A DNA stretch of 35,547 nt from Gammaproteobacteria bacterium (GTDB taxonomy: Bacteria > Pseudomonadota > Gammaproteobacteria > SZUA-140), in assembly GCA_003230195.1 (NCBI GenBank), contig QIHH01000159.1, positions 1 to 35,547 on the forward strand, read 5' to 3'. This document shows, piece by piece, positions 9,025 to 19,329 of the stretch. Position numbers and translations under genes: made by a program. Each line of letters opens with the position of its first letter. Positions within the stretch are counted from its first letter, which is position 1. A model generated the notes under the pieces. The model did no database searches and had not been told where the DNA came from. It was given only the letters and a program-made list of their open reading frames with translations.

Positions 9025-10902
9025 ATGGTGTTGTTTCAGATAAGTGAGCCTGGTGAGACAAAGTTGCAGCGTCAGCATCATCTTGCGGTGGGTATTGATC
9101 TTGGTACCACTAATTCGTTGGTGGCAACGGTACGTGATGGCGATGCGCAGACGATGGTCGATGCGCAGGGTAATCACCATTGTCCATCGGTGGTACGTTA
9201 CTTTGCTGATTCAGCACCGGTGGTTGGGCAGGCGGCAAAAGATGCCGCGTATCAAGATCCGTTAAATACCATCGCATCAGCAAAGCGCTTGCTAGGCCGA
9301 GGTGTTGCTGATATTGAAACAACTGCGAATAAGCTTCCCTATGAATTTTCTAAAGCTGATTGTGGTATGCCGTTTATTCAAACCGTTGCGGGTGATATTA
9401 GCCCGGTAACGGTTTCCGCTGACATCCTTAAGACGTTGATGAGGCAGGCAGAGGCGGATCTTGGCGGTGAACTGGATGGCGTGGTGATCACGGTGCCAGC
9501 CTATTTTGATGATGCGCAACGTCAGGCAACGAAAGATGCGGCGCGCTTAGCAGGTCTTAAAGTATTACGACTGTTAAATGAACCAACGGCAGCTGCGGTT
9601 GCTTATGGCCTAGATAGTGGGTCAGAAGGGGTGCATGTTGTGTACGATTTTGGCGGCGGCACCTTTGATGTTTCGATCTTGCGTTTTAGTCGCGGTGTGT
9701 TTGAAGTGATGGCCACGGCGGGTGATTCTGCACTCGGTGGTGATGATGTTGATCGTGTATTAGCCGAGTGGATGATGGCTGAAGCAGGCCTGAGCGGTGA
9801 GATTGAGCATAGCCATCTGCGCCGTATAATCGGTGAAGCTAATTGTGCGAAAGAGGCGCTGACAATAGCTGATTCTGTGTCGTTTTCTATCGATAATTCA
9901 GAGGGTGAAAAATGGCAAGGCACCCTTTCTCGGACAGATTTTGAAGCATTAATCGAGTCCTTGATTATGCGCACTTTGCGTCCCTGCCGTCGTGCACTGC
10001 GCGATGCGGGATTGACTGTAGGTGATATTCAGGATGTGGTGATGGTTGGCGGTTCGACAAGAATCCCCCGTGTGCGAGAATGTGTCGCTGAGTTTTTTGA
10101 GCGTGAGCCGATGGTTGATATCGACCCGGACAAAGTGGTGGCAGTCGGTGCTGCGATACAGGCCGATATTCTGGTTGGTAACCAGCCGGGTGATGAGATG
10201 TTATTGCTGGATGTGATTCCACTATCACTGGGTCTTGAGACCATGGGTGGATTGATAGAAAAGCTGGTGCCACGTAATACCACGATACCGGTGGTACGCG
10301 CGCAGGAATTTACGACCTTTAAAGATGGCCAGACAGCAATGTCGATCCATGTACTACAGGGTGAGCGCGAGCTGGTGGCGGATAGTCGTTCACTGGCACG
10401 TTTTGAGTTACGCGGCATTCCACCGATGAATGCCGGTGCGGCACGCATCCGTGTCACTTTTCAGGTTGATGCGGATGGCTTATTGAGCGTTTCAGCGAAG
10501 GAACTCACCAGTGGTGTTGAGAGTCGTATTGAGATCAAGCCATCGTATGGTTTGAGCGATGGCGAGGTTGAGAAAATGCTGGCTGATTCACTGCTTTATG
10601 CGGAAGATGATGTGAAAAAACGTCGCCTGCATGAGCAGGTGGTTGATTCGGCACGTTTGATCGAAGGGGTTGAAGCGGCGCTACATATGGATGCTGATGG
10701 TATGCTAACCAATAAAGAGTGTCTCACCATCAAAGCTGCCCTTGTCGCCTTAAAAGAGAAGCAGCAAGGCGAAGAGATTGCACTAATTAAGGCGGCTCAC
10801 GATAAGCTTGAGCGTGCTACCAGCGATTTTGCTGCACGACGTATGGATATTCACATTAATGAAGCGCTGTCGGGTAAGTTGCTCGATCAGATTATCGACT
10901 AA
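9025..10902 (+). CDS. hscA: Fe-S chaperone HscA (Hsp70 family)
   Basis: LFQISEPGE...[30 protein letters not shown] and [10 protein letters not shown] are Hsp70 signatures. 625 aa. Confidence 0.95.
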   Translation: MVLFQISEPGETKLQRQHHLAVGIDLGTTNSLVATVRDGDAQTMVDAQGNHHCPSVVRYFADSAPVVGQAAKDAAYQDPLNTIASAKRLLGRGVADIETTANKLPYEFSKADCGMPFIQTVAGDISPVTVSADILKTLMRQAEADLGGELDGVVITVPAYFDDAQRQATKDAARLAGLKVLRLLNEPTAAAVAYGLDSGSEGVHVVYDFGGGTFDVSILRFSRGVFEVMATAGDSALGGDDVDRVLAEWMMAEAGLSGEIEHSHLRRIIGEANCAKEALTIADSVSFSIDNSEGEKWQGTLSRTDFEALIESLIMRTLRPCRRALRDAGLTVGDIQDVVMVGGSTRIPRVRECVAEFFEREPMVDIDPDKVVAVGAAIQADILVGNQPGDEMLLLDVIPLSLGLETMGGLIEKLVPRNTTIPVVRAQEFTTFKDGQTAMSIHVLQGERELVADSRSLARFELRGIPPMNAGAARIRVTFQVDADGLLSVSAKELTSGVESRIEIKPSYGLSDGEVEKMLADSLLYAEDDVKKRRLHEQVVDSARLIEGVEAALHMDADGMLTNKECLTIKAALVALKEKQQGEEIALIKAAHDKLERATSDFAARRMDIHINEALSGKLLDQIID

Positions 10903-10934
10903 TCACCTGTTTACGCGGAATAGAGTATAGAGTT

Positions 10935-11273
10935 ATGCCAAAATTGATTTTTTTACCTCATGAAGTCCTTTGCCCTGACGGGGCCGTGATTGATGCCACT
11001 GCGGGCAAGACCATTTGTGATATTGCGCTTGAAAATGATATTGCGATAGAGCATGCCTGTGAAATGTCCTGTGCTTGTACCACCTGTCATGTCTATGTGC
11101 GGGAGGGTGATGAGTCGCTCAATGCAGCAGAAGAGCTTGAGGATGATATGTTGGATAAAGCGTGGGGACTGGATCCTGATTCGCGCCTGAGCTGCCAGAC
11201 TGTGGTGTCGGATAAAGATCTGGTAGTCGAAATTCCGAAATACACCATCAATATGGTCTCAGAACAACACTGA
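10935..11273 (+). CDS. fdx: [2Fe-2S] ferredoxin of the ISC system
   Basis: MPKLIFLPHEVLCPDGAV..., EHACEMSCACTTCH and DMLDKAWGLDPDSRLSCQ closely parallel E. coli Fdx. Confidence 0.92.
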   Translation: MPKLIFLPHEVLCPDGAVIDATAGKTICDIALENDIAIEHACEMSCACTTCHVYVREGDESLNAAEELEDDMLDKAWGLDPDSRLSCQTVVSDKDLVVEIPKYTINMVSEQH

Positions 11274-11299
11274 TTTGCACAGATAACGGAGATGTGGGT

Positions 11300-11500
11300 A
11301 TGGATTTAAAATGGACAGACTCGCTAGAAATTGCCATCGCACTGGATGAACAACACTCGGAGATCGATCCGCTGACGGTGCGTTTTGTTGACCTTTCTGA
11401 ATGGGTTCAGGCACTTGAAGGCTTTGCTGATGATCCGGCGCATTGTGGCGAGCGTATTCTGGAAGCGATTCAAATGGCTTGGATTGAAGAACGCGAATAA
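11300..11500 (+). CDS. iscX: Fe-S assembly protein IscX
   Basis: MDLKWTDSLEIAIAL...DPLTVRFVDL...ERILEAIQMAWIEE parallels E. coli IscX (MGLKWTDSREIGEAL...). GGAG lies 8 nt upstream of ATG 11300. Confidence 0.85.
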   Translation: MDLKWTDSLEIAIALDEQHSEIDPLTVRFVDLSEWVQALEGFADDPAHCGERILEAIQMAWIEERE

Positions 11501-11587
11501 GCTTGCATCCTCTAGTGTTGAAATAGCCATCAGCGTGATTGCTTGCAACCGGCTAAAACGTTAAAATAACCAATTAATTAGGTTATG

Positions 11588-11620
11588 CAGACCCGCCTTG
11601 AGCGGGTTTGCTGTTATTTA
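11588..11620 (+). terminator. Rho-independent terminator after the isc operon
   Basis: agacccgc-cttga-gcgggttt forms a stem-loop (one G:U pair) followed by gctgttattt. It lies between iscX and ndk. Confidence 0.5.
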
Positions 11621-11645
11621 GAGCATATCGCGGAGTAATCATTTC

Positions 11646-12077
11646 ATGTCCATCGAACGTACCCTTTCTATTATTAAACCTGATGCCGTTGCCAAAAACC
11701 ACATCGGTGATATCTACAGTTGCTTCGAAAAGGGTGGCCTGAAAATCGTTGCGGCTAGCATGATGCAGCTAACACGTGAGCAAGCGGAAGGCTTCTACGC
11801 AGTACATAACGAGCGTCCTTTCTTTAACGACCTAGTGAGCTTCATGATTTCGGGCCCTGTGATCGTGCAGGTTCTGGAAGGAGAAAATGCAATTCTTAAG
11901 CACCGTGATTTGATGGGTGCTACCAACCCGGCAGAAGCGGCTGAAGGGACTATTCGTCAGCGTTTTGCCAGCAACATCGATGAAAATGCCGTTCACGGTT
12001 CTGATGCCGTTGAAACGGCGCAGAATGAGATTGCATTTTTCTTTGAGCCAGGTGATCTTTGCGCTCGCTCCCGTTAA
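11646..12077 (+). CDS. ndk: Nucleoside diphosphate kinase
   Basis: 143 aa with [12 protein letters not shown], the active-site region NAVHGSD and typical length. Confidence 0.95.
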   Translation: MSIERTLSIIKPDAVAKNHIGDIYSCFEKGGLKIVAASMMQLTREQAEGFYAVHNERPFFNDLVSFMISGPVIVQVLEGENAILKHRDLMGATNPAEAAEGTIRQRFASNIDENAVHGSDAVETAQNEIAFFFEPGDLCARSR

Positions 12078-12094
12078 TTAACGGGCCTTGCTAG

Positions 12095-12223
12095 TTGAGT
12101 AATGATTGTTTGAAGACGCAATCCAAAGTCAATCTGCTGAATCTTGATCAGCAGGCAATGAAGGCCTTCTTCGCCGAGCGTGGCGAGAAGGCCTTTCGTG
12201 CTTCTCAGATATCGAAACCATGA
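12095..12223 (+). pseudogene. rlmN: Orphaned 5' fragment of rlmN (N-terminal ~35 codons in a different frame from the main ORF)
   Basis: It translates to (L)[41 protein letters not shown]. This matches the conserved RlmN N-terminus (E. coli [28 protein letters not shown], recalled). Only TTG starts are available (12095 or 12110). It stops at TGA 12221-12223, overlapping the ATG of the main ORF. Confidence 0.7.
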
Positions 12224-13185
12224 CGAATCTGGGTAAGATGCTGCGTGCTAGATTGCAGCAAGAATGTGAAATCGTAATGCCTGAGGTTGTTTATGAACAG
12301 GCATCTGAAGACGGTACCGTTAAGTGGTTGTTGCAGTTGGCGGATGGTAACTGTATCGAGACTGTTTATATTCCTGAGGGTGATCGAGGCACGCTATGTG
12401 TTTCATCGCAGGTCGGTTGTGCCCTTAAGTGCACCTTCTGTTCTACTGCGCGCCAAGGGTTTAATCGTAATTTAGAAGTGTATGAAATTATCTCACAGGT
12501 ACGGGTCGCTGTTCGTACGTTAGGTGGCGGTGTGAAAGATGGTCGTGCCATTACCAATGTGGTGATGATGGGGATGGGCGAGCCTCTGCTTAATTTTGAT
12601 AACGTCGTCAGCGCAATGGATTTGATGATGGATGATCTAGCCTATGGCCTCTCCAAACGACGTATCACGCTGAGTACCGCAGGGGTAGTGCCAGCATTGG
12701 ATCGTTTGCGTGAGGTTTCTGATGTGAGCCTGGCTGTTTCACTGCATGCTACCAGCGATGAACTGCGTGATGAAATCGTGCCGATCAATAAAAAATACCC
12801 CATTAAAGTCCTATTGGAGGCATGTCAGCGTTACATCGCCGATAAACCTCACCGTAAAATCACCTTTGAATATGTGATGTTGGACGGGATTAATGATAGT
12901 GTTGCGGAAGCGAAGAAATTGGTGAAATTATTAGAAGGAATTCCATCTAAGGTTAACCTGATCCCTTTTAATCCCTTCCCAGGCTCAGACTATGTCTGCT
13001 CTAGCCGCGAAGTGATTGATCGATTTCAGGATACTTTGATTAAAGCAGGCTTGGTTACTATCCGACGAAAGACGCGTGGAGAAGATATTGATGCAGCCTG
13101 CGGGCAACTAGTGGGCAAGGTGCAGGATCGAACCCGACGAAGCGTTAGCTTTGGCGTAATCAAGCAGGTGAGCCAAGAAGCATGA
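12220..13185 (+). CDS. rlmN: Radical-SAM 23S rRNA/tRNA adenine-C2 methyltransferase RlmN, core only (N-terminal domain detached by a frameshift)
   Basis: [28 protein letters not shown] (CX3CX2C), [23 protein letters not shown] and [11 protein letters not shown] are present. It is 321 aa, against about 380 aa in orthologues. Confidence 0.85.
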   Translation: MTNLGKMLRARLQQECEIVMPEVVYEQASEDGTVKWLLQLADGNCIETVYIPEGDRGTLCVSSQVGCALKCTFCSTARQGFNRNLEVYEIISQVRVAVRTLGGGVKDGRAITNVVMMGMGEPLLNFDNVVSAMDLMMDDLAYGLSKRRITLSTAGVVPALDRLREVSDVSLAVSLHATSDELRDEIVPINKKYPIKVLLEACQRYIADKPHRKITFEYVMLDGINDSVAEAKKLVKLLEGIPSKVNLIPFNPFPGSDYVCSSREVIDRFQDTLIKAGLVTIRRKTRGEDIDAACGQLVGKVQDRTRRSVSFGVIKQVSQEA

Positions 13186-13937
13186 AAAAACGCTGTCGTG
13201 TGTTAGTTGTTATTTCACTGTTATTGTCACTAGCGGCTTGCACTTCCGACGCTATTAGAAAAAAAATCGATGCTGAGCACTCTGCCGAGATCAATGCACG
13301 TCTTGGCCTAGCCTACATGCAGCAGGGCAGTTTTGAAATAGCACTGGAAAAATTACAGCGCGCAATCAGACAGGATCCTGAGCAGGTTGCGGCTCATCAC
13401 TATATTGCAGAGCTCTACCGACAACTTAAGTCGCCTGATGATGCGCAGTTTCATTATAAAACGGCTTTAGAATTAACACCAAAAGACTTTTCGTTGAATA
13501 ATAATTATGGTGTTTTTCTTTGTGACCAGAAAGATTATGAGGCGGCAGAAAAAAGATTTTTGATGGCAGTTAATACTGCACCGGTTTATAAGCCTCGCCA
13601 TGAATTTTATGAAAATCTTGCGCAGTGCATGATGCGTAAGCCTGACTATACCAGAGCTGAAAAATATTTTCGCATCGTATTAGAGGCGGATCCGCGCATG
13701 CCGATAACATTATATCAGATGGCGCGCCTGACCTTCAATGCGGAAAAATACCTTCGCGCCAGAGCTTTTTTTCAACGCTTTACTGAAGTATCTACGCAGA
13801 CGGCAGAAACATTATGGTTAGGAATTCAAATTGAACGTAAGTTAGGTGATACGACAACAGCTGATGAGTATGCGCGTCAGCTGAAAGTTAATTTTCCATT
13901 AGCGGATGAAACCGTGACTTTGATGGAGTCTGAATAA
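13182..13937 (+). CDS. pilW: Type IV pilus biogenesis/stability TPR lipoprotein PilW (PilF in Pseudomonas)
   Basis: Lipoprotein signal [20 protein letters not shown] with lipobox LAAC, followed by TPR repeats. It lies between rlmN and rodZ as in Pseudomonas. The start overlaps the rlmN stop (ATGA). Confidence 0.8.
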   Translation: MKKRCRVLVVISLLLSLAACTSDAIRKKIDAEHSAEINARLGLAYMQQGSFEIALEKLQRAIRQDPEQVAAHHYIAELYRQLKSPDDAQFHYKTALELTPKDFSLNNNYGVFLCDQKDYEAAEKRFLMAVNTAPVYKPRHEFYENLAQCMMRKPDYTRAEKYFRIVLEADPRMPITLYQMARLTFNAEKYLRARAFFQRFTEVSTQTAETLWLGIQIERKLGDTTTADEYARQLKVNFPLADETVTLMESE

Positions 13938-13939
13938 CG

Positions 13940-14983
13940 GTGAAAGATTCGTCAGAAAATAGTAATGAGCTAGAGCAGAAAAAATTCAGTTTTGACGCTA
14001 AGTCTACTGAACGTGATAACAAAACGGTTCGTGAAGCAGATGTGACAATGGCCGCGACAGCAGTAGAAGTGCCCGACTTTAGGGTTGAGGCTGCTACTGA
14101 AGCGTCAGTGGCTGAGTCACGAGGGTGTTTGCCTGGCGGCGAGTTAGCTGCGGAACGTCAGCGTCGAGGGTTCACTATATCAGATATTGCAAACCAACTC
14201 TTTTTGACTGAAAAGCAGATTTCAGCGCTGGAAGAGGATGACTATGCTCATTTTCCCGCCCCCATTTTTGTGATGGGTTATATTCGAAACTATGCGCGTT
14301 TATTAGACTTGCCGCCAGATCCGTTAATTGAGTTGTTTAACTCACAGGACACTCAGCCTGCGCCAGAGCTTGATCTTGTCATTAGTAAAAAAGGATTGTT
14401 TGACTTTCGTATCATGATGGGGTTAATGGCGGGATTGGTAGTGATTGTATTGCTGTGGTGGGGAATGTCATCAGGGCCTGAGGAGCTGGTGATTGATGAA
14501 ATTTCAACCATAGATGATGCAACGATTATAACGGCGCCGGTTATAACAGAAGTTGTTTCTTCAGTTAAACCAGTAGTAAAAATAGAAGAGACTTTAGCGG
14601 TTAAGAAAGTTGTAGAGCATGTAGAATCTGTTGTGGTGGTTAACCCCCCCCCGGTTCCTGTTATCCTCTCTAGAGAGATTGAGATTGTTCTAGAGCCTAG
14701 AATTATTGCTGATAGAGCTGCTGCTCAATCGTTTCCTGATTCTATGGTATTAACCTTTTCGGCTGAATCATGGGTGGAGATTACAGATGCCAATGAGCGA
14801 CGCATGATGTTTGATCTCGGTAAACCGGGTCAAACACGAGTGCTGAGTGGTACCGCGCCATTTAAAATTTTGTTTGGCTATTCGCCGGCGATAGAGATGA
14901 CCCTTAATGGTGAAGAGTTTGACCAAAGTCGCTTTACGCGCGGTAACGTGGCTAGGTTTACGCTAGGTAATAACAGTGAATAG
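13940..14983 (+). CDS. rodZ: Cytoskeleton protein RodZ (HTH, TM segment, C-terminal DUF4115-like domain)
   Basis: The HTH region is GELAAERQRRGFTISDIANQLFLTEKQISALEEDDY...GYIRNYARLLDL. The TM segment is IMMGLMAGLVVIVLLWWG. The C-terminal domain is WVEITDANERRMMFDLGKPGQTRVL. The GTG start gives an unusual ~65-aa acidic extension before the HTH. An internal ATG at 14048 is an alternative start. Confidence 0.8.
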   Translation: MKDSSENSNELEQKKFSFDAKSTERDNKTVREADVTMAATAVEVPDFRVEAATEASVAESRGCLPGGELAAERQRRGFTISDIANQLFLTEKQISALEEDDYAHFPAPIFVMGYIRNYARLLDLPPDPLIELFNSQDTQPAPELDLVISKKGLFDFRIMMGLMAGLVVIVLLWWGMSSGPEELVIDEISTIDDATIITAPVITEVVSSVKPVVKIEETLAVKKVVEHVESVVVVNPPPVPVILSREIEIVLEPRIIADRAAAQSFPDSMVLTFSAESWVEITDANERRMMFDLGKPGQTRVLSGTAPFKILFGYSPAIEMTLNGEEFDQSRFTRGNVARFTLGNNSE

Positions 14984-15004
14984 AACGATGGGTGTAATGC
15001 TTTA

Positions 15005-16144
15005 ATGAAATCAACTTCACCAATTATACGACGTAAATCTCGCCAGATCATGGTAGGTGATGTAGCGGTGGGTGGCGATGCACCGATCTCTGTGCAGAGT
15101 ATGACCAATACTGATACCTGTGACGTTGATGCGACGGTTGGGCAGATTGAAGCATTACAGAAAGTGGGTGCGGATATTGTCCGTGTCTCTGTGCCGACGA
15201 TGGATGCAGCAGAGGCATTTGGGAAAATTAAACAGCGCGTCTCTATTCCGCTGGTGACCGATATCCATTTTGATTATAAAATTGCGCTACGTGTGGCTGA
15301 ACTAGGTGCTGACTGTTTGCGCATTAATCCGGGTAATATAGGTAAAGAAGAGCGTGTTCGTGCGGTGATCGATAGTGCACGCGACCATAATATTCCGATT
15401 CGGATTGGTGTTAATGCAGGTTCGTTAGAGAAAGAATTACAGGTTAAATATGGTGAGCCGACCGCTGACGCGCTGGTTGAATCGGCACTGCGGCATATTG
15501 ATATTCTGGATCGACTCGACTTTCAGGAATACAAGATTAGCCTTAAGGCATCGGAGATTTTCATGACAGTCGCCGCCTATCGCAAACTAGCGACGCAAAT
15601 TGAACAACCGCTGCACCTTGGTATTACTGAAGCGGGTGGGTTGCGTGCTGGCACAGTGAAATCTGCGGTTGGGCTTGGTATGTTGTTGAATGATGGCATT
15701 GGAGATACCATTCGTATTTCGCTGGCGGCGGATCCGATTGAAGAAATTAAAGTGGGTTTTGATATACTGAAGAGTCTGCGTCTGCGCAGTAAGGGGATTA
15801 ATCTGATCGCCTGTCCTTCTTGTTCACGCCAGCAGTTTGATGTGATTTCTACTGTGAATGCACTAGAATCACGTTTTGAAGATATTACTGATCCACTTGA
15901 TGTGGCGGTGATTGGCTGTGTGGTGAATGGCCCGGGTGAGGCGAAAGAGGTTGATGTCGGTTTAACCGGTGGCTCGCCAAATCTATTGTATGTGGCGGGA
16001 AAGCCGAACCAGAAATTAGGCAACGAGGCGTTGGTCGATGAGATTGAGCGTAATGTGCGTGAGCAGATCGCACAACGTAAAGCATCGGCCGTTGATGACA
16101 ATGGTGATGTAGTGATTCCCTTGCAAGAATTGAAACGTCGCTAG
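15005..16144 (+). CDS. ispG: 4-hydroxy-3-methylbut-2-en-1-yl diphosphate synthase IspG
   Basis: [54 protein letters not shown] and IACPSCSRQ are present. Confidence 0.95.
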   Translation: MKSTSPIIRRKSRQIMVGDVAVGGDAPISVQSMTNTDTCDVDATVGQIEALQKVGADIVRVSVPTMDAAEAFGKIKQRVSIPLVTDIHFDYKIALRVAELGADCLRINPGNIGKEERVRAVIDSARDHNIPIRIGVNAGSLEKELQVKYGEPTADALVESALRHIDILDRLDFQEYKISLKASEIFMTVAAYRKLATQIEQPLHLGITEAGGLRAGTVKSAVGLGMLLNDGIGDTIRISLAADPIEEIKVGFDILKSLRLRSKGINLIACPSCSRQQFDVISTVNALESRFEDITDPLDVAVIGCVVNGPGEAKEVDVGLTGGSPNLLYVAGKPNQKLGNEALVDEIERNVREQIAQRKASAVDDNGDVVIPLQELKRR

Positions 16145-16189
16145 CCACTGTTTATCCGTTCAGTTAACTAGAGTAGTGTAGGAATAACT

Positions 16190-17464
16190 TTGTCCAAGTG
16201 TATAAAAGTAGTGCGTGGCATGCACGACATCGTACCGCAGCAGAGCCCAATCTGGCAGCATCTTGAAGCGTGTATACGTCAGGTAGTGCAGGGTTATGGT
16301 TATGATGAAATTCGTATGCCGATTGTCGAAAAGACAGAGCTGTTTGTGCGTACCATTGGTGAGGTGACGGATATTGTCGCGAAAGAGATGTATACCTTTG
16401 AGGATCGAAATGGCGACAGCCTGAGTCTACGCCCGGAGGGGACCGCGTGCTGTGTGCGAGCGGGCATTGAAAATGGTCTACTCTATAACCAGATTCAACG
16501 TCTGTGGTATAGCGGCCCGATGTTTCGTCATGAACGTCCGCAAAAGGGGCGTTATCGCCAGTTCCATCAAACAGGCGTTGAGGTCTATGGGCTGAATGGC
16601 CCCGATATTGATGCTGAATTAATTATGATGAACGCACGCCTGTGGAAGCTGCTGGGGCTTGAGCGGCTGGAATTACAGATTAATACGCTGGGCACGTCGG
16701 TTGCACGTGCCGCTCATCGTGAACAGTTGATTGAATACCTAGCGCTCCATCGTGATGTGCTCGATGAAGAGAGCGTGTTGCGCTTAGATAAAAGTCCGCT
16801 GCGTATTCTTGATAGTAAAAACCCTGCGATGCAGGATATGATTGAAGGCGCGCCACAGTTACTAGACTATCTTGATGATGAATCCAACCAGCACTTTGAA
16901 ACATTGAAGATATTGCTTGATGGAGTCGGGATTGAATACCGCATCAATCCGAGGCTTGTTCGGGGCCTCGACTATTATCAAAAAACGGTATTTGAATGGG
17001 TCACGACTGATCTTGGTGCGCAAGGAACCGTTTGTGCCGGTGGGCGTTACGACGGGCTAGTAGAACAGTTGGGTGGTAAGGCGACACCCGCAATCGGTTT
17101 TGCAATGGGGATGGAGCGTCTGGTGGCGTTGATTGAGGATCGAGAGCTGGTGGTACCAGACGCAACACCTCACGCTTATTTTGTTTTCGTGGGTGATTCG
17201 GCAGCCTCGCAAGGGTTATTATTGGCTGAGCAGTTACGCAATGCATTGCCTGGATTACGACTGCTTAGCCATTGTGGTGGTGGTAGTTTTAAAAATCAGA
17301 TGAAAAAAGCGGACAAAAGTGGTGCTCAGTGGGTGTTGATACTGGGCGAAGATGAGATTGCGCAGCAACAGGTCACGCTGAAGTCTTTGCGCGATGGAAA
17401 ACCGCAAACATCGCTAGATTCTAGTGCGTTAGTACAGCATCTAAAAGAATTGATTACCATCTGA
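16190..17464 (+). CDS. hisS: Histidine--tRNA ligase
   Basis: [39 protein letters not shown] and GGGRYDGL (here [14 protein letters not shown]) are present. A TTG start at 16190 gives an N-terminus collinear with E. coli HisS. Confidence 0.95.
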   Translation: MSKCIKVVRGMHDIVPQQSPIWQHLEACIRQVVQGYGYDEIRMPIVEKTELFVRTIGEVTDIVAKEMYTFEDRNGDSLSLRPEGTACCVRAGIENGLLYNQIQRLWYSGPMFRHERPQKGRYRQFHQTGVEVYGLNGPDIDAELIMMNARLWKLLGLERLELQINTLGTSVARAAHREQLIEYLALHRDVLDEESVLRLDKSPLRILDSKNPAMQDMIEGAPQLLDYLDDESNQHFETLKILLDGVGIEYRINPRLVRGLDYYQKTVFEWVTTDLGAQGTVCAGGRYDGLVEQLGGKATPAIGFAMGMERLVALIEDRELVVPDATPHAYFVFVGDSAASQGLLLAEQLRNALPGLRLLSHCGGGSFKNQMKKADKSGAQWVLILGEDEIAQQQVTLKSLRDGKPQTSLDSSALVQHLKELITI

Positions 17465-17530
17465 CCAAATAGTGCGGTACGCGAGTAATAGAAAGAATCA
17501 CCAATAAACATAATTTTAGAGGGTATCGAC

Positions 17531-18163
17531 GTGGTAGCTAATACAACTGAAGAAGAACAGATTGAGTCACTTAAAAAGTGGTGGAAAGAAAATGGCACAT
17601 CAGTTGTTGTTGGGCTGGTGCTTGGTTTTGGAGCCTTGATCGGTGGTAATTACTGGATACAGCACAATAAGACACAAAGCCAAAATGCATCACTGGAGTT
17701 TTCTCAACTACAGGATGACCTGCAGCAGTCACGTAGTGATGCAGTAGTGACGCGTGGTGATCACATTATTAATAATTTTTCAGATACCCCTTACGCGGTG
17801 TTATCAGCGTTTGCGATTGCAAAATTTAAGGTCGATGAAGGCGATTTTTTATCGGCGCGTGCTCGTTTACAGTGGGTATTAGATAACAGCGAGCAGGCTG
17901 AGTTTATTCATATGGCTCGTATTCGAATGGCATCAGTGATGCTGGCTGAGGGCAATGCTGATGGTGCTTTGTCGTTGATTAGCACGATTGAAGCGGGTGA
18001 GTATCTCCCGCTTTACGAAGAATTGAAAGGTGATATTTACGCCTCGTTATCTCAACTGAGTCAGGCACGAGGTGCCTATGAAAAGGCGTTGAAGGCAAAT
18101 GATAAGGGGAATAATAGTTTGTTGCAGATGAAACTTGATGACCTCGGTAGCGAGGGCGCATAG
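17531..18163 (+). CDS. yfgM: YfgM-like TPR membrane protein (ancillary SecYEG translocon subunit family)
   Basis: EEEQIESLKKWWKENGTSVVVGLVLGFGALIGGNYW is the characteristic N-terminus plus single TM. The position between hisS and bamB is conserved. GTG start. Confidence 0.75.
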   Translation: MVANTTEEEQIESLKKWWKENGTSVVVGLVLGFGALIGGNYWIQHNKTQSQNASLEFSQLQDDLQQSRSDAVVTRGDHIINNFSDTPYAVLSAFAIAKFKVDEGDFLSARARLQWVLDNSEQAEFIHMARIRMASVMLAEGNADGALSLISTIEAGEYLPLYEELKGDIYASLSQLSQARGAYEKALKANDKGNNSLLQMKLDDLGSEGA

Positions 18164-18168
18164 CAATT

Positions 18169-19329
18169 ATGAGAGGTTCTGTTGTATTGAGTGCTGACCG
18201 CTGGTGGTTGGTACTCGTTCTTTTATCACTGGTTGGTTGTAGTGGTACTTTAACGCTTGAATCTCATCCGACGCAGCTCGAACATTTCGAGCCAGTGGCT
18301 GATACTGTGCCTGCTTGGTACAGACAGCCGCAATCGCGTGTGGATGTGTGGGAAGGATCGCCAGCCATAGTGGTGGAAGGCAAGCAGTTGTTTATCGCTC
18401 ATCCACGTGGCCGTGTGCGTGCATTAGATGCTGAGTGCGGTTGTCGTCAGTGGAATGTTGAAACTGAAGAGGCCTTAACGGGTGCTATCGGAAGTGGTGA
18501 TGGTTATCTATTGCTGGGTACTCGCAAAGGTGAATTGTTAGCGTTATCAGGCAAAGATGGTTCGATGTTGTGGCGTAGTGAGCTTTCTAGCGAAGTGATG
18601 AGTGCACCGCAAGTTTCACAGGGTGTGATTGTGGCGCGTACTAATGATGGCAAGATGTTTGGCCTTAATGCACAAAGTGGCGAGCGTCTGTGGGTTTACG
18701 AGACAATTGTTCCATCGCTGAGCCTGCGTGGTGTCGGTGCGCCATTGATAGTGGACGACAAGGTTTTTGCTGGTTTTTCAAATGGCAAGGTCGCGGCACT
18801 TACGGTGAGCAATGGTAAATTATTATGGGAGAAAGTGGTTGCATTAGCCAAAGGGCGTTCAGAACTGGAACGACTAGTTGATGTGGATGCAGAGCTGGCC
18901 TATGGCGACGGTATTTTATATGCGGTTGCTTTTCAGGGACGCTTAATCGCACTTGATGTGACTTCTGGGCGTATTATTTGGGCGCGTGAATTTTCTTCAC
19001 ACAGTGGCATTGTGCTCGACGAACGACAGCTTTTTATTAGCGATGATGAAGGACAGGTGATGGCGTTAGATCGACGTACTGGCGCTACATTGTGGCGACA
19101 GGATAAGCTGATGCGACGCGACATTAGTTCGCCCGTTATTCATGATGGTAAGATTGTGGTGGGTGACTTTGAAGGCTACCTGCACTGGTTATCGACTGAA
19201 GATGGGCGCTTTGTGATGCGTCGTTCTATCGATGATGTTGCGGTGACGGTGCGACCGCTGATGATTAACGATTTCCTCTATTCGGTAAGCCACCTAGGTA
19301 CTATTACCGCACTACGAATGGACGAGTGA
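18169..19329 (+). CDS. bamB: Outer membrane protein assembly factor BamB (PQQ-like beta-propeller lipoprotein)
   Basis: Lipobox LSLVGC, followed by repeated G..(V/L)(V/A)L(D/N)...G...W blades. The position upstream of der is conserved. Confidence 0.9.
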   Translation: MRGSVVLSADRWWLVLVLLSLVGCSGTLTLESHPTQLEHFEPVADTVPAWYRQPQSRVDVWEGSPAIVVEGKQLFIAHPRGRVRALDAECGCRQWNVETEEALTGAIGSGDGYLLLGTRKGELLALSGKDGSMLWRSELSSEVMSAPQVSQGVIVARTNDGKMFGLNAQSGERLWVYETIVPSLSLRGVGAPLIVDDKVFAGFSNGKVAALTVSNGKLLWEKVVALAKGRSELERLVDVDAELAYGDGILYAVAFQGRLIALDVTSGRIIWAREFSSHSGIVLDERQLFISDDEGQVMALDRRTGATLWRQDKLMRRDISSPVIHDGKIVVGDFEGYLHWLSTEDGRFVMRRSIDDVAVTVRPLMINDFLYSVSHLGTITALRMDE

